Shown here in pieces: positions 1 through 13,329 of a DNA stretch of 64,000 nucleotides. The DNA is from Podarcis bocagei (taxonomy: Eukaryota). Each line of letters opens with the position of its first letter. The first letter of the stretch is position 1. Where the stretch lies: assembly GCA_964188305.1 (NCBI GenBank), contig OZ076887.1. One strand, given 5' to 3'. The notes beneath the pieces were generated by a model, which was given only the letters and a program-made list of their open reading frames with translations, was not told the origin of the DNA and did no database searches. The translations under genes were made by a program, and so were the position numbers.

Positions 1-650
1 TGCCCTGATTTTTTTTTTAACATCACCTATAAAATGTACTGATTTAAACATAGATGTGAAAGGTTCAGCCAGGGCTCTATATTTCCACAGAGGGCAAAGC
101 AAAAGCTTATATGCTACAGCTGCTGTTACCTCCTAAAAGTTGCAGCCTTTGCTGCTTTTCTGATTTAAGAAACACATTTCAAACCTTGGGCATCAAGGTG
201 AGTGGGGTGGGCTAAATTTGCACAGAAAGGGGAAACGTTTTTATACCCCTGTTGCAAATCAGAAGACAGGCTTTCATGAAAATATTCCACATATTATCAC
301 AGTAACAGAAGGTGGAAATGAAAATTCAATGAAAATGTGTACTACTTGCCATCATTAGCAGGTATCTAGGGGTGTGAAATAGTTGTGACGTTAAAACAAT
401 CATCATGATGAGAACAGAATAACACTTGTTGCTGAAATTCTGACTACAGCTTCCAAACCACGATAACTGAGATTTCAAAAAGAAGGACCTCAGAATTTGG
501 CCTCCATGTGACAGGCTACACACTCAGCAATTACAGCCTCAGGTTTCAACGTGACACCCTCCCCACCCCCATAACAATTACAGAAACAGGTGCCTGACAT
601 CCTACTGGAATCCCAATCAAGTACCTGTAGCAAAAGAAGGGGTGAAACTC

Positions 651-658
651 ATAATAAT

Positions 659-705
<47 letters not shown>

Positions 706-1393
706 AATTATTATTTATACCCCGCCCATTTGGCTGGGTTTCCCCAGCCACTCTGGGCAGTTTCCCACCGATTATTAAAAACAATACAGCATCAAACATT
801 AAAAACTTCCCTAAACAGGGCCACCTTCAGTTGTCTTTTAAAAGTAAAATAGTTGCTTATTGCCTTGATGACGGAAGCCAGCCGTCACAAATGGTGCTGT
901 ATAGCATTTGAAAAAAGACACAGAGAGCCAGCAATATTTTCAGGAAGGTATGAGCAGCTCCTTCGACCACTCTCCTCCGATTTTATTCTCCTTTTTTCTC
1001 TCCTCTCGCATGACCGTTTGCCAATGTCTCATGTTACCTCATCCAGTCATGGCTTTTACCCACCCATCGCCATATAAGGTAATTACTGCCCAGAGTGGGA
1101 ACATAACTCCATATAAGGTTATGCACTTAATACACTGTAAGGCACAGACATGCAGGTCACCGAGGTCAGTGAGGCACCAGGTGGCGCTACAAGCCTTTGC
1201 CATGACTTCATGGCTTCCACACCTTGACATCTGCTGGGAGGGTGTTCCACAGGGCGGGCGCCACTACCGAGAAGGCCCTCTGCCTGGTTCCCTGTAACCT
1301 CACTTCTCGCAGTGAGGGAAGTGCCAGAAGGCCCTCGGCACTGGACCTCAGTGCCCAGGCTGAAAGATGGGAGTGGAGACACTCTTTCAGGTA
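651..1393 (-). mobile_element. 5'-truncated L2-type LINE 3' end with microsatellite tail, split by a solo LTR at 869-1221
   Basis: Same 3' end as copies at 7181, 15524, 19127, 48594, 52880 (tttataccccgcccat.tggctgggtttccccagccactctggg). Resumes at 1222 with ORF2 C-terminal sequence. (AAT)(AAC)n tail at 651-705. Confidence 0.85.
869..1221 (-). mobile_element. Solo LTR (353 bp) with 6-bp TSD
   Basis: Ends TGACGGAAGCCA...TGGCTTCCACA (TG..CA, imperfect inverted termini). CCTTGA is duplicated at 863-868 and 1222-1227, but occurs once in the uninterrupted L2 copy near 19315. Minus-strand AATAAA at 987-982, TATA-like TTATAT near 1075. Confidence 0.85.
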
Positions 1394-2732
1394 GAGACTG
1401 AATGCCTGTTCTCACAACCGTTCCTGAGAATGATAGGTGAAATATTTAGTCAAAAGTGTCAACTTTTACCCATGCTGCCATGGGAGTGCTGACATCATTT
1501 GCAGATGTCAACATGGATCCACCACAGCAACGGTTTGTAACAGCATGGGAATGGCAGATCCATACAGATAGCAGATCCACACAACCAAGCATCTCACATA
1601 GTGAATCATATTTTGTATCGGATTGTTATGTTTTGCATTTAAAATGAAAACAAATGAAAGTAAGCAAATAAATGGACAAGTATACGATGTGACAGGATGA
1701 ATAAACATTCACATAAGCTGACTAAAACTGCCATTGTCAAGTGGAGAAAATGATTTGATTGAGACACTGTAACAAAAAGGAACAAAATGCAGGATCTGCA
1801 ACAAGGCTGACTGAAAACTATTGCTCTTACTGATGTCTTGCTGTTCACTACCTGATTCCTGATTGGCTGGGATCACAGTAAGGAGGAAGACACCATGAAT
1901 AGTGGAGAGAAATGTTTCTGAAGAGAAGCAACTAGCAGAAACAATTGCATTCAACAGGATCAAAAAATATGATTGATTTCTATGTTGTTCAGGAAGCATT
2001 TTTACCCAACCCCTAATGTTTTGTTTTAGCCATCAAATCCTTAATACTAATATAGGCTTTAGAAGGCTCCTCTTCTACAGTAGTAGACCACACACACTGC
2101 CAGCATCTTCCTTCACATCATTACTAGCATAAAAAACACTCACTCTTCTGTAGACTCCTCCTTGCCAGTTTCACTTATTGCTGTAGCCACTCACAATTGG
2201 GCTCCCTGTTCATGTCAAATGCAGAGGCACAACATGCCAGTATAAACAATGGGTTGTCTCACCAAATTTCTATTGCAATCAATGTCAGTATTTTGCTGGC
2301 CAGTCTTCCCAGTCCTTCCTTGTTGTTTTCTGCTTCCCATCATTGCTTGCTGTTTGGTCCCAGTCATTGTGTTCATTTTCTGCTTTGCTCTTGACTCTGT
2401 TTAAGAACTTAAGAACTATGTTGGAAGAAGTCAAGCACAGCGCTATACTACGCACAGTAAATGAAGGATTGCTCTGACTTGAATTGGCAGGAGGTGCTAA
2501 GTTCAGCTCCGCTCAGGGGAATTTCCATCAAGCAAGAACCAGCAAGCTGACCAGTTTAAAATGCTGCTACTAGCGTTTTTGACACCTCAGGAATTCAAGC
2601 AGGCTATATTCAGAACACAAAGAACAAGACTCAGTACTTCTGCAGTATGTGCTACATGAAGGCAGATATCTATCTAAGCTGCCTTTATCCTCCGGAATTC
2701 TTAATATAGAACATTCTTGTCTCCTAATTATA

Positions 2733-2734
2733 CT

Positions 2735-2794
<60 letters not shown>
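2733..2794. repeat. (TTTC)n microsatellite
   Basis: Direct reading. Confidence 0.97.
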
Positions 2795-3454
2795 TTATTA
2801 GGAAAAAGTGTGCAATATCCACCTCTCGGTTAAGCTAACTTCCATTCATTCAAAAGCACCAGGATTAAATCATACATTTTCTATTATGTCATTTTGCAAA
2901 TGCTCAAAGCAAGCCAGTAATCAGTTTCATAACTTGTTCGCTTTATATCTTTGGTGAAAACTTTCCACTGAAAGACCTGGACAAAAAGAATTGTGGGCAG
3001 AAGTAAGAAGGTAATTCAGTGCCATATCAGAGAGGCCTGCTGATGGCTAGAGTCTGCAAAGGGCTCTTGGGTCCAAACCTAAGACTTTCAATACTGCAAC
3101 ATGAACAGGCAGAGGAGGAGGTAAATGCACTTTGTCAACATGAATGAGTCACTGGTGAAAGGGAGAAAGGATAGCAAAGTGTGTTCCACTGTGTTTAGGT
3201 TCCATTCTGATCAATATTTCAGTGAGTGGTTTAGAATCTGATGGCCTCTTCAGAATCAAGGATCCCAAGACCACTGCAGACAAGAGCAGTCAAACACTAC
3301 TTTCCTTACATGAAATAGTATGGAGCTTGAGCCCATCCATTCTCCATTTCAAATTTTTACCCACCTTGATTTGTAAGGTACTGAACTCTTGGAATCCACA
3401 CCAAACATTTTACATATAAATACTGAGAGCAATGTAACCCAAGGAGAGAGCTGT

Positions 3455-4090
3455 AGCCCAAGATAGGAAAAGAGGTCGTAAGGAAATAATTCCTAGCTAC
3501 TTTAAATGAATTCAAATATCCAGGGTCTGAAAACTGCACCCAAGGGTGCTAAAGAAGCTTGCAGATGTAATCTCAGAGTCTGAGTCTATAATCTTTGAAA
3601 ATTCTTGGAGAATAGGTGAGGTCTCTGCAGATGGGAGGTGGGGTGCAGATGGGAGGTGGGCAGATGTCCCCATCTTCAAAAGTGGGGGGGGGGAGATCCA
3701 TATAACTACCAGCTGATGAGCTTGACATCGATACCAGGAAAGGTCCTAGAACATATAATTAAACAGTCAGCTTGTGAACACTTAAAAAAAAGGATACTGT
3801 GATTACTAAGGCCCATCATGGGTTTCTCAAAACAACTTATGCCAGATGAATCTCATTTCCTTCTTTCTTTTTATTGCTACAAGCTCGGTGGATCAGGGGA
3901 ATGCTGTGGATGTAGCATATCTTGATTTCAGTAAGGCTTTTGACAAAGTCCCCCATTATATTCTCGTGCAGAAGCTGATAAAATATGGGCTGGTTGAGGT
4001 AACTGTTAGGTGAATTTGTAGCTGGTTTTCTGATCAAAACCAAAGAGGGCACATTAATCCTCATCATCCTGGGAAAAAGTGACAAGTAAG
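3455..4090 (+). mobile_element. CR1 LINE ORF2 reverse-transcriptase fragment, degenerate
   Basis: Encodes VDQGNAVDVAYLDFSKAFDKVPH at ~3888-3956 and other CR1 RT motifs, with frameshifts and stops. Confidence 0.9.
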
Positions 4091-4459
4091 GCTGTCCTTG
4101 ACGCAGTCCTGTCTCCCCTCTAATATGCTGGATGGACCTCATGGTGTGGGGACTTTTTTAGGCAAGCTGGAAATCAGGCAGGCCTACAGTTTTTCTGCTT
4201 GGAGACACATGGGAGATACCTCCTTGAATAGCTGTCCTTTGGATTAGGAATGGCTGAGTGGTGCAGAGAGCTAACTGGCCAGAGAAAAGGAGATTGACAA
4301 GGAAGCATAAAATACATCTGGGACAGGAAAGGGTGTACAGCTTTGAGATTTTGAGAACCATTTTTTAAATTGCTAGATATTTTCAGTGGACTAGTGGACC
4401 AGCCACCAATGCGTCTAATTTTAACCAACCCTCAGATCTTAAAACAGCACCCTCTCCAC

Positions 4460-4850
4460 TATTGGTTATAGATGACAAACTGAGCAGGAGTGAATGTGAT
4501 GATGATCCTAAAAGGGCATGCACTGATTTGTGTTGCTGTAGCAGAAATGTGGCATTTAGGAGACAGGAGATGGTGCTTAAATGCAGCTCTGGCCAGAAAT
4601 CCAGCCAACTGGACAGTGTTCAACCACAAGTAATGAAAATGACCAAAGTTTGGAATGCTAAACCGATAAGATAGCCTGACAAACTTGGCATAGCTGGGGT
4701 AGAAAACGTAACACTAGCACAAGGAGGAAAATAATTAATTATCAAACTTGAAAGTTGGATGAACTACAATAATAAGAAATTGCTTCAGCAGGTCAATGAA
4801 AACAGACAGACAAGTAGTGATTAAACTTCATTGTACTTTAAATTTCAGGA
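4460..4850 (+). mobile_element. Highly decayed CR1 ORF2 3' fragment
   Basis: Weak CR1-like motifs (VIDDKLSRSECD..., sequence near 4840). Confidence 0.45.
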
Positions 4851-4868
4851 AGAATGGGGGGGTTATAG

Positions 4869-5004
4869 CAGGCATAGGCAAACACGGCCCTTCAGATGTT
4901 TTAGGACTACAACTCCCATCATCCCTAGCTAACAGGACAAGTGGTCAGGGATGATGGGAGTTGTAGTCCTAAAACATCTGGAGGGCTGAGGTTGCCTATA
5001 CCTG
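4869..5004. mobile_element. Non-autonomous hAT MITE, near-palindromic
   Basis: TIR CAGGCATAGGCAA / TTGCCTATACCTG. Internal inverted ggactacaactcccatcatccct. 8-bp TSD ggttatag/gtttatag. Confidence 0.85.
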
Positions 5005-5254
5005 GTTTATAGTGTACAGATACACACATACTCGCTACGGAGTACTGTATCAAGTAGGAATTGTGTACCACTAGCATCTTTTGGACTTTGGAAATAGCTG
5101 AGGCATGTTACGTTACTGTTTTATTTATATGCTGACTTTCTCCCCAAAAGCCCCAAGGTGGCCTACAAAGAATCACACACTAGTTCAAATACAAGCAATA
5201 CAAATGACAGAAATTCAAGACAGAGAGGTAGGGAAACTAGCTGGGAAATCTCTG

Positions 5255-5467
5255 GCACTTATATCCAGTTCTGAACATGTCACCCTGCTCCTGACCTCCT
5301 GAGCTCTGTGTCTGCTGCAGAGCCTGTGCCATGACTTGCCTGCATAAACATTTCTTTCTCACTTATAGGTCTTTATCTGTGTGTTTTGGAGGGAAGCCAG
5401 GGCATGGAAAAGGAGAAGGGTGGGATCATCTTTGCCTCAGGCAGCAAAATGTCTTTGGCTAGCACTG
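5255..5467. mobile_element. Old non-autonomous DNA transposon fragment
   Basis: End (atcatctttgcctcaggcagcaaaatgtctttggc) is shared with 25862-25903. Confidence 0.4.
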
Positions 5468-6165
5468 CCCACAAGTTGTCCTGAAATGTGGAGAGCCACA
5501 AAACAATACACCCCCCGCCCCACCTGGAATCAGGACTAAGCCTTTGAAATTACTACACTGACGTGACTTCCATTGAAGTGGAATCTCTTTCAAGTGGCAA
5601 AGGCAAAAACAATAAAACCTGAATGGCCTCTTCCTATATTAATTATTAACAACACATACTCTGCCACTGAAATGTCCCTACTGGAGCAGACAGAAGCTAC
5701 TTAAGTGCTCTTATTCTCTTCATAGTTATATGCTGCCGCTGTGTTTTATATCCAACTGCAACCTTCATTGTGGTGACTCATGCATGCAACCCAGACAAGA
5801 GACTCCATCCATTCTAGGAAACCAGTATATCAGCTTCAAAAAGTAATTTTTCTGACAAGAACTGTAAGTGATCCATACTTCATTGTAAAAATGTATATTT
5901 TCTACTGTAAAAATCCCCAATCTGTCAAGGACAATTTGAAATTCACTTGTATGTGCAAGTTGGCCTCGTAGGCATAATCAGCATTGCACAAAACTTTTGT
6001 GAGGCAAGAAAACCCCACATCCAGGTTTGCCCATAATGTTTCTATGTCAAGCACAGATTGCCAGACAAAATAACTATTTAGTGTTAGGGATGTAAGAAGG
6101 TATCAGTTACTGTTTTGACCCAGGCTCATTGTACATAGTGTTGTTTCCATTGTGCTGCAGTTTAG

Positions 6166-6384
6166 GTAAAGGTAAAGGGATCCCTGACCATTAGGTCCAG
6201 TTATGACCAACTCTGGGCTGGAGTGGTACCTATTTATCTACTTGCACTTTGACGTGCTTTCGAACTGTTAGGTTGGCAGGAGCAGGGACTGTGCAATGGG
6301 AGTTCACCCTGTCGCGGGGATTCGAACCGCCGACCTTCTGATCGGCAAGTCCTAGGCTCTGTGGTGTAAACCACAGCACCACCC
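6166..6384 (-). mobile_element. Sauria SINE, internally deleted
   Basis: (ACCTTT)n tail and B box GGTTCGAATCCC on minus strand. 14-bp TSD gtgctgcagtttag (6152-6165, 6385-6398). Central segment missing relative to other copies. Confidence 0.92.
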
Positions 6385-7151
6385 GTGCTGCAGTTTAGCT
6401 TTTGACAAAAGTGGTGTTATTTGACTCACCGTATTTATTTATTTTTCTTTGTTAGATTTACACCTCACCTTTCTACCCAATGATGCTCAAATGGTGCATC
6501 TTGCCCAAGGACCCCCCAAAAGCTGGAGTTGGCACTGTCTCAGCCCCTGAAAAAATTGCCCCATTGAAACTGGGCAACATAAGACTCTGAGCACTTTAAA
6601 AAGTGCATTTTTACAACTAGATTTAAATTGCTTTTGAGCCTTTCCAGAACTATTTATGTGAATGTGTGGTCCTCGTCAATGTGAAATAGAAAGCAGGAGA
6701 GAGGCACTTTAATTAGAACAGGAATTCTGGCTACTGTAGGTATTGCATTAATGGTACGAAATGATTTAGAGAAGAAATAAGTACACTTGCAGCAAAGCCA
6801 CTGATATCAGAAGGATATTTGATGAGCAGACTGAGTATGTTTAAAGGTAGAGGAGATCATTTTCAGCGCCTTGACACATTTGAAATCTGAATAATAATTT
6901 CCAGAAAGGTTTGCCAATTAATTTCTGCGTTTTATATATAAGACTTGGTGTAGCATAAAGGTCCAGTTTTAACAGAGAAGCTTGTTAAGTGATCTATCTC
7001 TAGGCTTAGGTCACATCTGTGCTGCGAGGATAATAAGACTGATGTACTTTAAAGGGTCCTTTGAACACTGAAGTGTTATGTGCATACAAAGTATTATTTT
7101 TAATTATGATACAGTTTGGACAAAAAATCTATTATTTTGTCTAACTAGGAA

Positions 7152-7780
7152 AATAAGAAGGGTCTGTTGGATCAGGCCTGTTGGATAACAGCTGTCCATG
7201 GAGGCACAGGCCAATTCTGTGTCCAGGGCAGCTGTCTACCAGCTTCATCTGGTACGCAGGCTGACTGTCTCACCAGAGTGGTGCATGCTCTAGTTATCTC
7301 CTGCTTGGACTACTGCAATGCACTCTACGTGGGACTATCTTTGAAGGTGAATCAGAAACTACAACTAATCCAGAATGCGGCAGCTAGACTGGTAACTGGA
7401 AGTGGCCACCGAGACCGTATAACACTGGTCTTGAAAGACCTACATTGGCTCCCAGAATGTTTCCGAGCACCCCCATCGTTCAGCCCGGACACTGAGGTCC
7501 AGTGCTGAGGGCCATCTGGTGGTTCCCTCACTGTGGGAAGTGAGGTTACAGGGAACCAGACAGAGGGCCTTCTCGGTAGTGGTGCCTGCCCTGTGGAATG
7601 AGCCTCCCCCATCAGATGTCAAGGAAATAAACAGCTATCTGACTTTTAGAAAACATCTGAAGGCAGCCTTGTTTAGGGAAGGTTTTAATGCTTTATGTTT
7701 TATTGTGTTTTTAATATCCTGTTGGAAGCCACCCAGAGTGGTTGGGGAGGCCTGGCCAGATGGGCAGGGTATAAGTAATA

Positions 7781-7841
<61 letters not shown>

Positions 7842-7990
7842 GTTCATCTAGTCTAGCATCCTGTCGTAACAGTGGCTAACCAGGTGCCTCACGCAGGACC
7901 CATGGACAAGAGCATTCTCCCTTCCTGTGGTTTCCAGAAATGGGTATTCAGAAGCATTACTGCCTCTGTCCATGGTTATTGATAACATCT
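7152..7990 (-). mobile_element. CR1 3' end split by an L2 insertion
   Basis: ataagaag..ctgttggatcaggcc at 7153 continues as catctagtctagcatcctg at 7846. The motif is contiguous in copies at 18107 and 25532. Confidence 0.7.
7181..7840 (+). mobile_element. 5'-truncated L2 LINE with (TTA)n tail
   Basis: ORF2 C-terminal motifs VHALVISCLDYCNALYVGL, LQLIQNAAARLVTG, LHWLP, RAFSVVVPALWN. Internal deletion at ~7470 relative to the 48594 copy. Confidence 0.9.
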
Positions 7991-10900
7991 ATGACTGGAG
8001 GCAAAACAAAATGGCAGACCCACGAGCGTAATCAGCAGAGCAATCTTATATTGCAAATATGCTGAGCCTGAAGATATGCCACCACTACATTAGAACATCT
8101 CCCACATCCAACACATGTTCAACTCAAGAGGAAAGAGAGAAATAAGCTGGAAATAAAATGCATGGCACTGTGAAGATGTCACCACTGTTCATCTGTCCTA
8201 ACATAAGATGGAAGTGATGCCCCCACACTGCCCAGGAATGGAAGGAGCCAACACTCCTGTGAGCCTAGAGGTGTGGCCACGATGATAACACACCTCCTCA
8301 ATATGCACAATGCACATGACAGCGCTGGTGGGCAAAGTGCCTTTCCCTCCACAGTTCCCATTACAGAGGTCTCCACTGTATGCTCCAAGGGCATGCAGCA
8401 CGGTGCCAGAGAGCTATCACTCCATCCCATGTAGCCTATCCCTTTAGTTGTGGTCTTCCTGTGTGGGGTTTATATACTGGTGGTGATGTGCTGTGATTGC
8501 TGTTGCATTATACTGTAACCTCTGCTCTGCTGTATTGTGGCCAGGTGGGAGAGGTCATCATCCACATGGCACAGAGCTTTTTAAAAATTGGTTTCCCCAC
8601 CACTGAAATCAACGGGAAGGAAATCCTTTGCATCAGATCTGGGGATGGTGTCAAGTTGCACTGTGAGCAGAGGTACAGGCATGGATTGAAGAAATAGAAG
8701 ATATAGCATGAGGGTGCCCCTTCTCCATGTTGACCACACTTTTGGCCATTCCATCAGCATGCCCTTCAGCAGCAAAGGAGTTTTGCTAGGGGAGCATTCT
8801 GCAAACACATCAGGGAAATCTGTCTGCATACCATGGTGGTGATATAGCTGGTGTTTCGCTACCATAGGACAGTTCCCGCCAAATCCCATAGCCCCTCAAC
8901 CAGTGCAGCTTCAAAAGAGGACTGCACCCATACGTTAGCATTATTATTTTTACCTGAATATTATTGACATGAATTTTGCTTTGCTTCCGATTTAGATCTC
9001 TTGCAAATATTCTCCATAATCTGCTGGTCACAGAGACATCAGCTTCAAATTCAAAGATTGTGCATGCAAGCTTATCTTTATTGTCAACCTTCCTCTCTTC
9101 AGAATGCTGCCCTGAATTTAATACAGGGAATATAAAACTGAGCTGATGTCTGCACATAAAAGCAGAGGGCAGAAGCTGAAACCGAGAGTTGGCAGTCCTA
9201 CTCACCATAAAGAGTACTGCTCTCTGAGTTCAGTGAATCTTCTATCTGCAAAGTCAGGGGGCTGCAAAGGACCCAGTCATAATATATTACAAATACCAGC
9301 CCATCGGGTTAGATGGGTCACAAACTGTGCAAGCCTGCCCTCTGGTCATCTTTGAGCTGTTCAAGCAGTACGTGTTGTAATTTATGGGAGCTCAACTGCC
9401 CACATACCCAAGGGTATGCATAAGAACACTGTGCATATATACAAAGGCATTAACCTGAAACTGTTGCTGGAATGAGTCAATACCAAGGGGCACAGTAGGC
9501 ACAGAGTCCGCACTGTTCTTCATTATAGACTTATCCAGATAATATTTTCAATATATAAAGAAGGCTTCAAAGCAAACAGTGAAAATACCAGTCCCAGGAA
9601 GCAGAAAACCAGAAACAGCTAGATTTTTTTGGTGGCAATCGTAGGGGGGGTGAAAATCAAAATTAGTTTGTTTTACACATCAAATCCTGGGACTGTGCTA
9701 CTTCATGTGTCATGTTTTATCAGCAGAATGTAATTGAAAGTCTTTGTCTTCTAGAAAGAGAACAGAAGCAGAAATGAACTATTAAGTCTGAGCAGCGGCA
9801 TTCTGAGCTTATTCCTAAGAGAACAAGAGAGTGTGGCGAATCACTTTGAGTATGAAAAATAGGAAAAGTTACACAACTCCTATCCTCAAGTGATGCCCCC
9901 TACGCAAGAGAGGAGCATGATCAAAAACCAGTTGTGCCATACATTGTAGTACTGTCATCTTACAGCAACGAAAGTTCACAGAATAGTGAAATTCTAATAT
10001 ATACATTTTGAAAATGAAAATGATTACTCTTGTTTTGTACTGAGGACCAAAGGGAACCTTTCACCATTTTTTTTTAAAATGGCATGATGTAGCTGTATAC
10101 AATCCTATTATGGAGAAACTGTGTTATCATAACCCCATGATAACAATTTGTATGCTATGCTTCCTTCCAAGGGAGTTCTAGGAAGCAAACTTTTTTAAAA
10201 AAAAACAACCCAACATTCTAAAAACAGTTAAAAACATTGTCTCATTCAGTGATCTCAGGGCTGCCATGAACAGTGTCCTTCACCCATCAAGTCACATTTT
10301 GAATCTTCTATGACTTTTCCAATCCACTGGCAAGAATAGTCTCTAAACAGAAAACAAACCATTTCATAACTAAGAACAAAACACAAAATGGCTGAATGGT
10401 TTCATTCCCTCAACTATAGATTCCTGTGTTCTAAGTAAAATATGCATTTTGAGTTGATTATAGCAATGCTATTTTTGGATATATAGATAAAAACAAATAA
10501 CACTTTATCAAACAAGTCATAGGTATTGGCAGTATCTTACATCACTTTTATGTTTCAGGGTAATTGGTAGCAAGAACAGAAAGGCAAGGCTATGCTAACA
10601 GGTTCCAACTTGCATATGTTTGGTAGAGGCTGATTAGTTTTGAAAGCAATGACTACAGACAGTTTTTATTAGTGGTTCTTCAGGCAGCACACTTCCACAA
10701 AAATGTGGAAAATTCAGTCATTCATCTTTGAAAAGTCACTACCTAGTTTCTTTTCCATCATTGTCCTTTGTTTCTTGTAAATGAAAACAAAACAAAATAC
10801 TGCAGTAACTCCCCAGGTGAATGAATAGGCTTAAAACTATATATTCGTATTTCACAAAAAGTGTATGCTTCACTATAGTTTTATCAGCATGTGAAGAATG

Positions 10901-13329
10901 TATTATGTCCTACATTTGTAGTATAAGACAATAGGAAATGCTTATTTTTCTAGGTAAAATGGTTGGGATAATTAGCCCAGAAAATCTTTATGTAGCACTC
11001 CTGGCACAGTTTCCCAGGATGTTTAGGAATGAAGATAGTTGATATCAAATTACAGAATGTCTGTATCTATGAAATCTTCGGCAGGATGTTTAGGAATAAT
11101 TGTACCATTAATCTATTGTAATAGTGATATCGAACATTAGTCACTGAGTAAAATTAAATCAATTGATTTCCCTGGGTCTTCTCTGGGTATGCCTTAGATG
11201 ACTACCAGCTATTTTCATTCATGACTTAAGCTAATGAATTAGACTGCCAGTCTTTCCTCCCATCCAGATACGATGTTCTAAGTGTGGGCGAACCCCTTTT
11301 GGTTCTTCACTCATCCACATGCAGACATTTCCACATCATGTAGCCACATCACAGGGGGAAAAATACAGGCAATGCATGTTGAAGCCATTTATTACTTTAA
11401 TGTGGCAGAGGTTTTATATATCAAAAAAAGACCTCTGGAAGACCCACCCTGTTTGTTATTCTAACTGAAGATGCAATCAGTTCCTATCTGGATGTATTCT
11501 TTTCTGCTTTCATTATTTTTAGATCTGTGCCTGTCAAAACCTCATTAGAGAACCTCAACCTAAAATGCTTTAATTATTCCCAAAGAAATGTTTAGAGCAT
11601 GTAAACAAATATCTGACAGGAGATTGTTTTTTTTAAAAAAATGGAATAGCTTGAAGACATCAACATTATAATTCCCACACATAGCAAACACATATTGTCA
11701 GTGCACACAATATTGTACTCACAACAAGACTGGTGAGAAACATGATGGGGGTATCTGCATGAAGTTTGCAGAAGTACCTTTTTCACCTGAAGAAAAAAAT
11801 GAATCAGAAACCACACACAACAGCTAAAAAATCAGTATGTTCAGAAGCTACTGCGTGTCAGTGAGAAACAAAAAATGAAAAATGTGGGTGGGGTGGTTGT
11901 TAAAATGGAATATCTGGAAAAGGCAATGACTGGAAGCCTGAACATGAGTGATCCCTTTAGAAGGTAAGAATAGATTGCAACATTTTGCTACAAATCCCAC
12001 TTTAACTTGTTCTATATCTAAGCAATTTTAAACTGACTCCTGAGGCAGTATTGTGTAAATGCTAAAAGGGCATTTTGTATAATTCTGAAACAAAATGGGG
12101 GGGATGTGTTTCATGAAAACGTTTGCCCTTTGTGCAATTCACTCCACTCTTGCTGGTTTTGAACCCCACTATAAAAGGGTTTTGAGGGGGCAGGTGTCAG
12201 AGGAAGACTGAGGAGATTCTTAGCTGCTGAGGCAACTGGGGCAACAGGGCCTTGCCCTGATCCAGTGATTCATAGCTGACTGGTTGGAAGAGAAGACAAA
12301 CTTTCAAATGCACATCCCATTGGAAGTCATGCGGTGTGTCTGGACAACACTCATATGTTAATGCCATCCATCTACACCACACTATTTTTGATGAGGGGTG
12401 TAGCTTGATGTATCTCCAGATGCAAACCCATTCTGTCCCCAACTAGTCACACAATTAAGAGAAGAGGAAACCTAAAGAGTGTACGGTTTGTTAACACGGA
12501 CTGAAAACATTTCAAGCCAAGAGGCTCCTCCTCAAGGGAAACAAAACCTGTATTTTGAGATAAGCTGCTCCAAAGAGTTTGGGGTGCTAATTTTCATTGT
12601 GTTACTTCGAAACCGATTGAACAGGAGGGAACCTTGATCCAATTGTCTGGGAGGTTCCTTTCCTTCTTCCCCACCCAAAGTAGTAGCAGACGGGAAACAA
12701 CAGCTATGAATAGGTAAAACAAAACAAATAAAAAAACCAGTGAACAGAAAGTAGGTTCCTCGCCACTAAATGAGCTTATATATATATATGTATATGCTTC
12801 CCTTTCCTCCCAAAAAACCTGAGCCTCTGGAAAATTCAGCACTAGCTTCGTTTGCTATTAGGCCTGTTTAGGCCTGTACTCCTCGTTTTCTTCTGAGCTC
12901 TTGTCTCTAAGCATCAAACAACTGTGTAGTGATCTATGAATATGTCAAGGTCATATTTTCAAGTCAGCCTGGGAAAGATTTAGCATTATGTTATGACAGA
13001 GAAGGTGGTGTTGCGCATACCAATTTTCAATAAGCAAAACTCCATATTGTGTACTAAGCTGTTGTACACTTAAAAGGATTTAGAAATCCTGCTTGTTTAT
13101 AAATGCTTCTTTGGTTTGCTAATCAGGGCATGATGGCAGTATTATCACCGGTAGCATGAGATTCGGCAGTACGATCTGGAACAATAGTGTAATCCTTTCT
13201 GTACACAAAGGATGGTTGCAAAACCATTTTATTGATTAAAAAACTCTAACACACACGAGGCATGAGAAAACCTCACCAGAATCTATATTTGAACCTGCCT
13301 TCACTCTCTCTAGTATTTAGAGCTCCTAA

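Noticed and set aside
590-911. ORFs with poly-N/T/V runs (also poly-L/I/P ORFs at 7519, 30826, 36252, 49239)
   Set aside because: They are translations of trinucleotide microsatellite tails of L2 elements.
3455-4090. Functional reverse transcriptase gene
   Set aside because: Fragmentary, with frameshifts and stops.
8581-8889. ORF containing DFPDVF, reminiscent of Gypsy pol
   Set aside because: No downstream RT motifs follow; six residues are insufficient.
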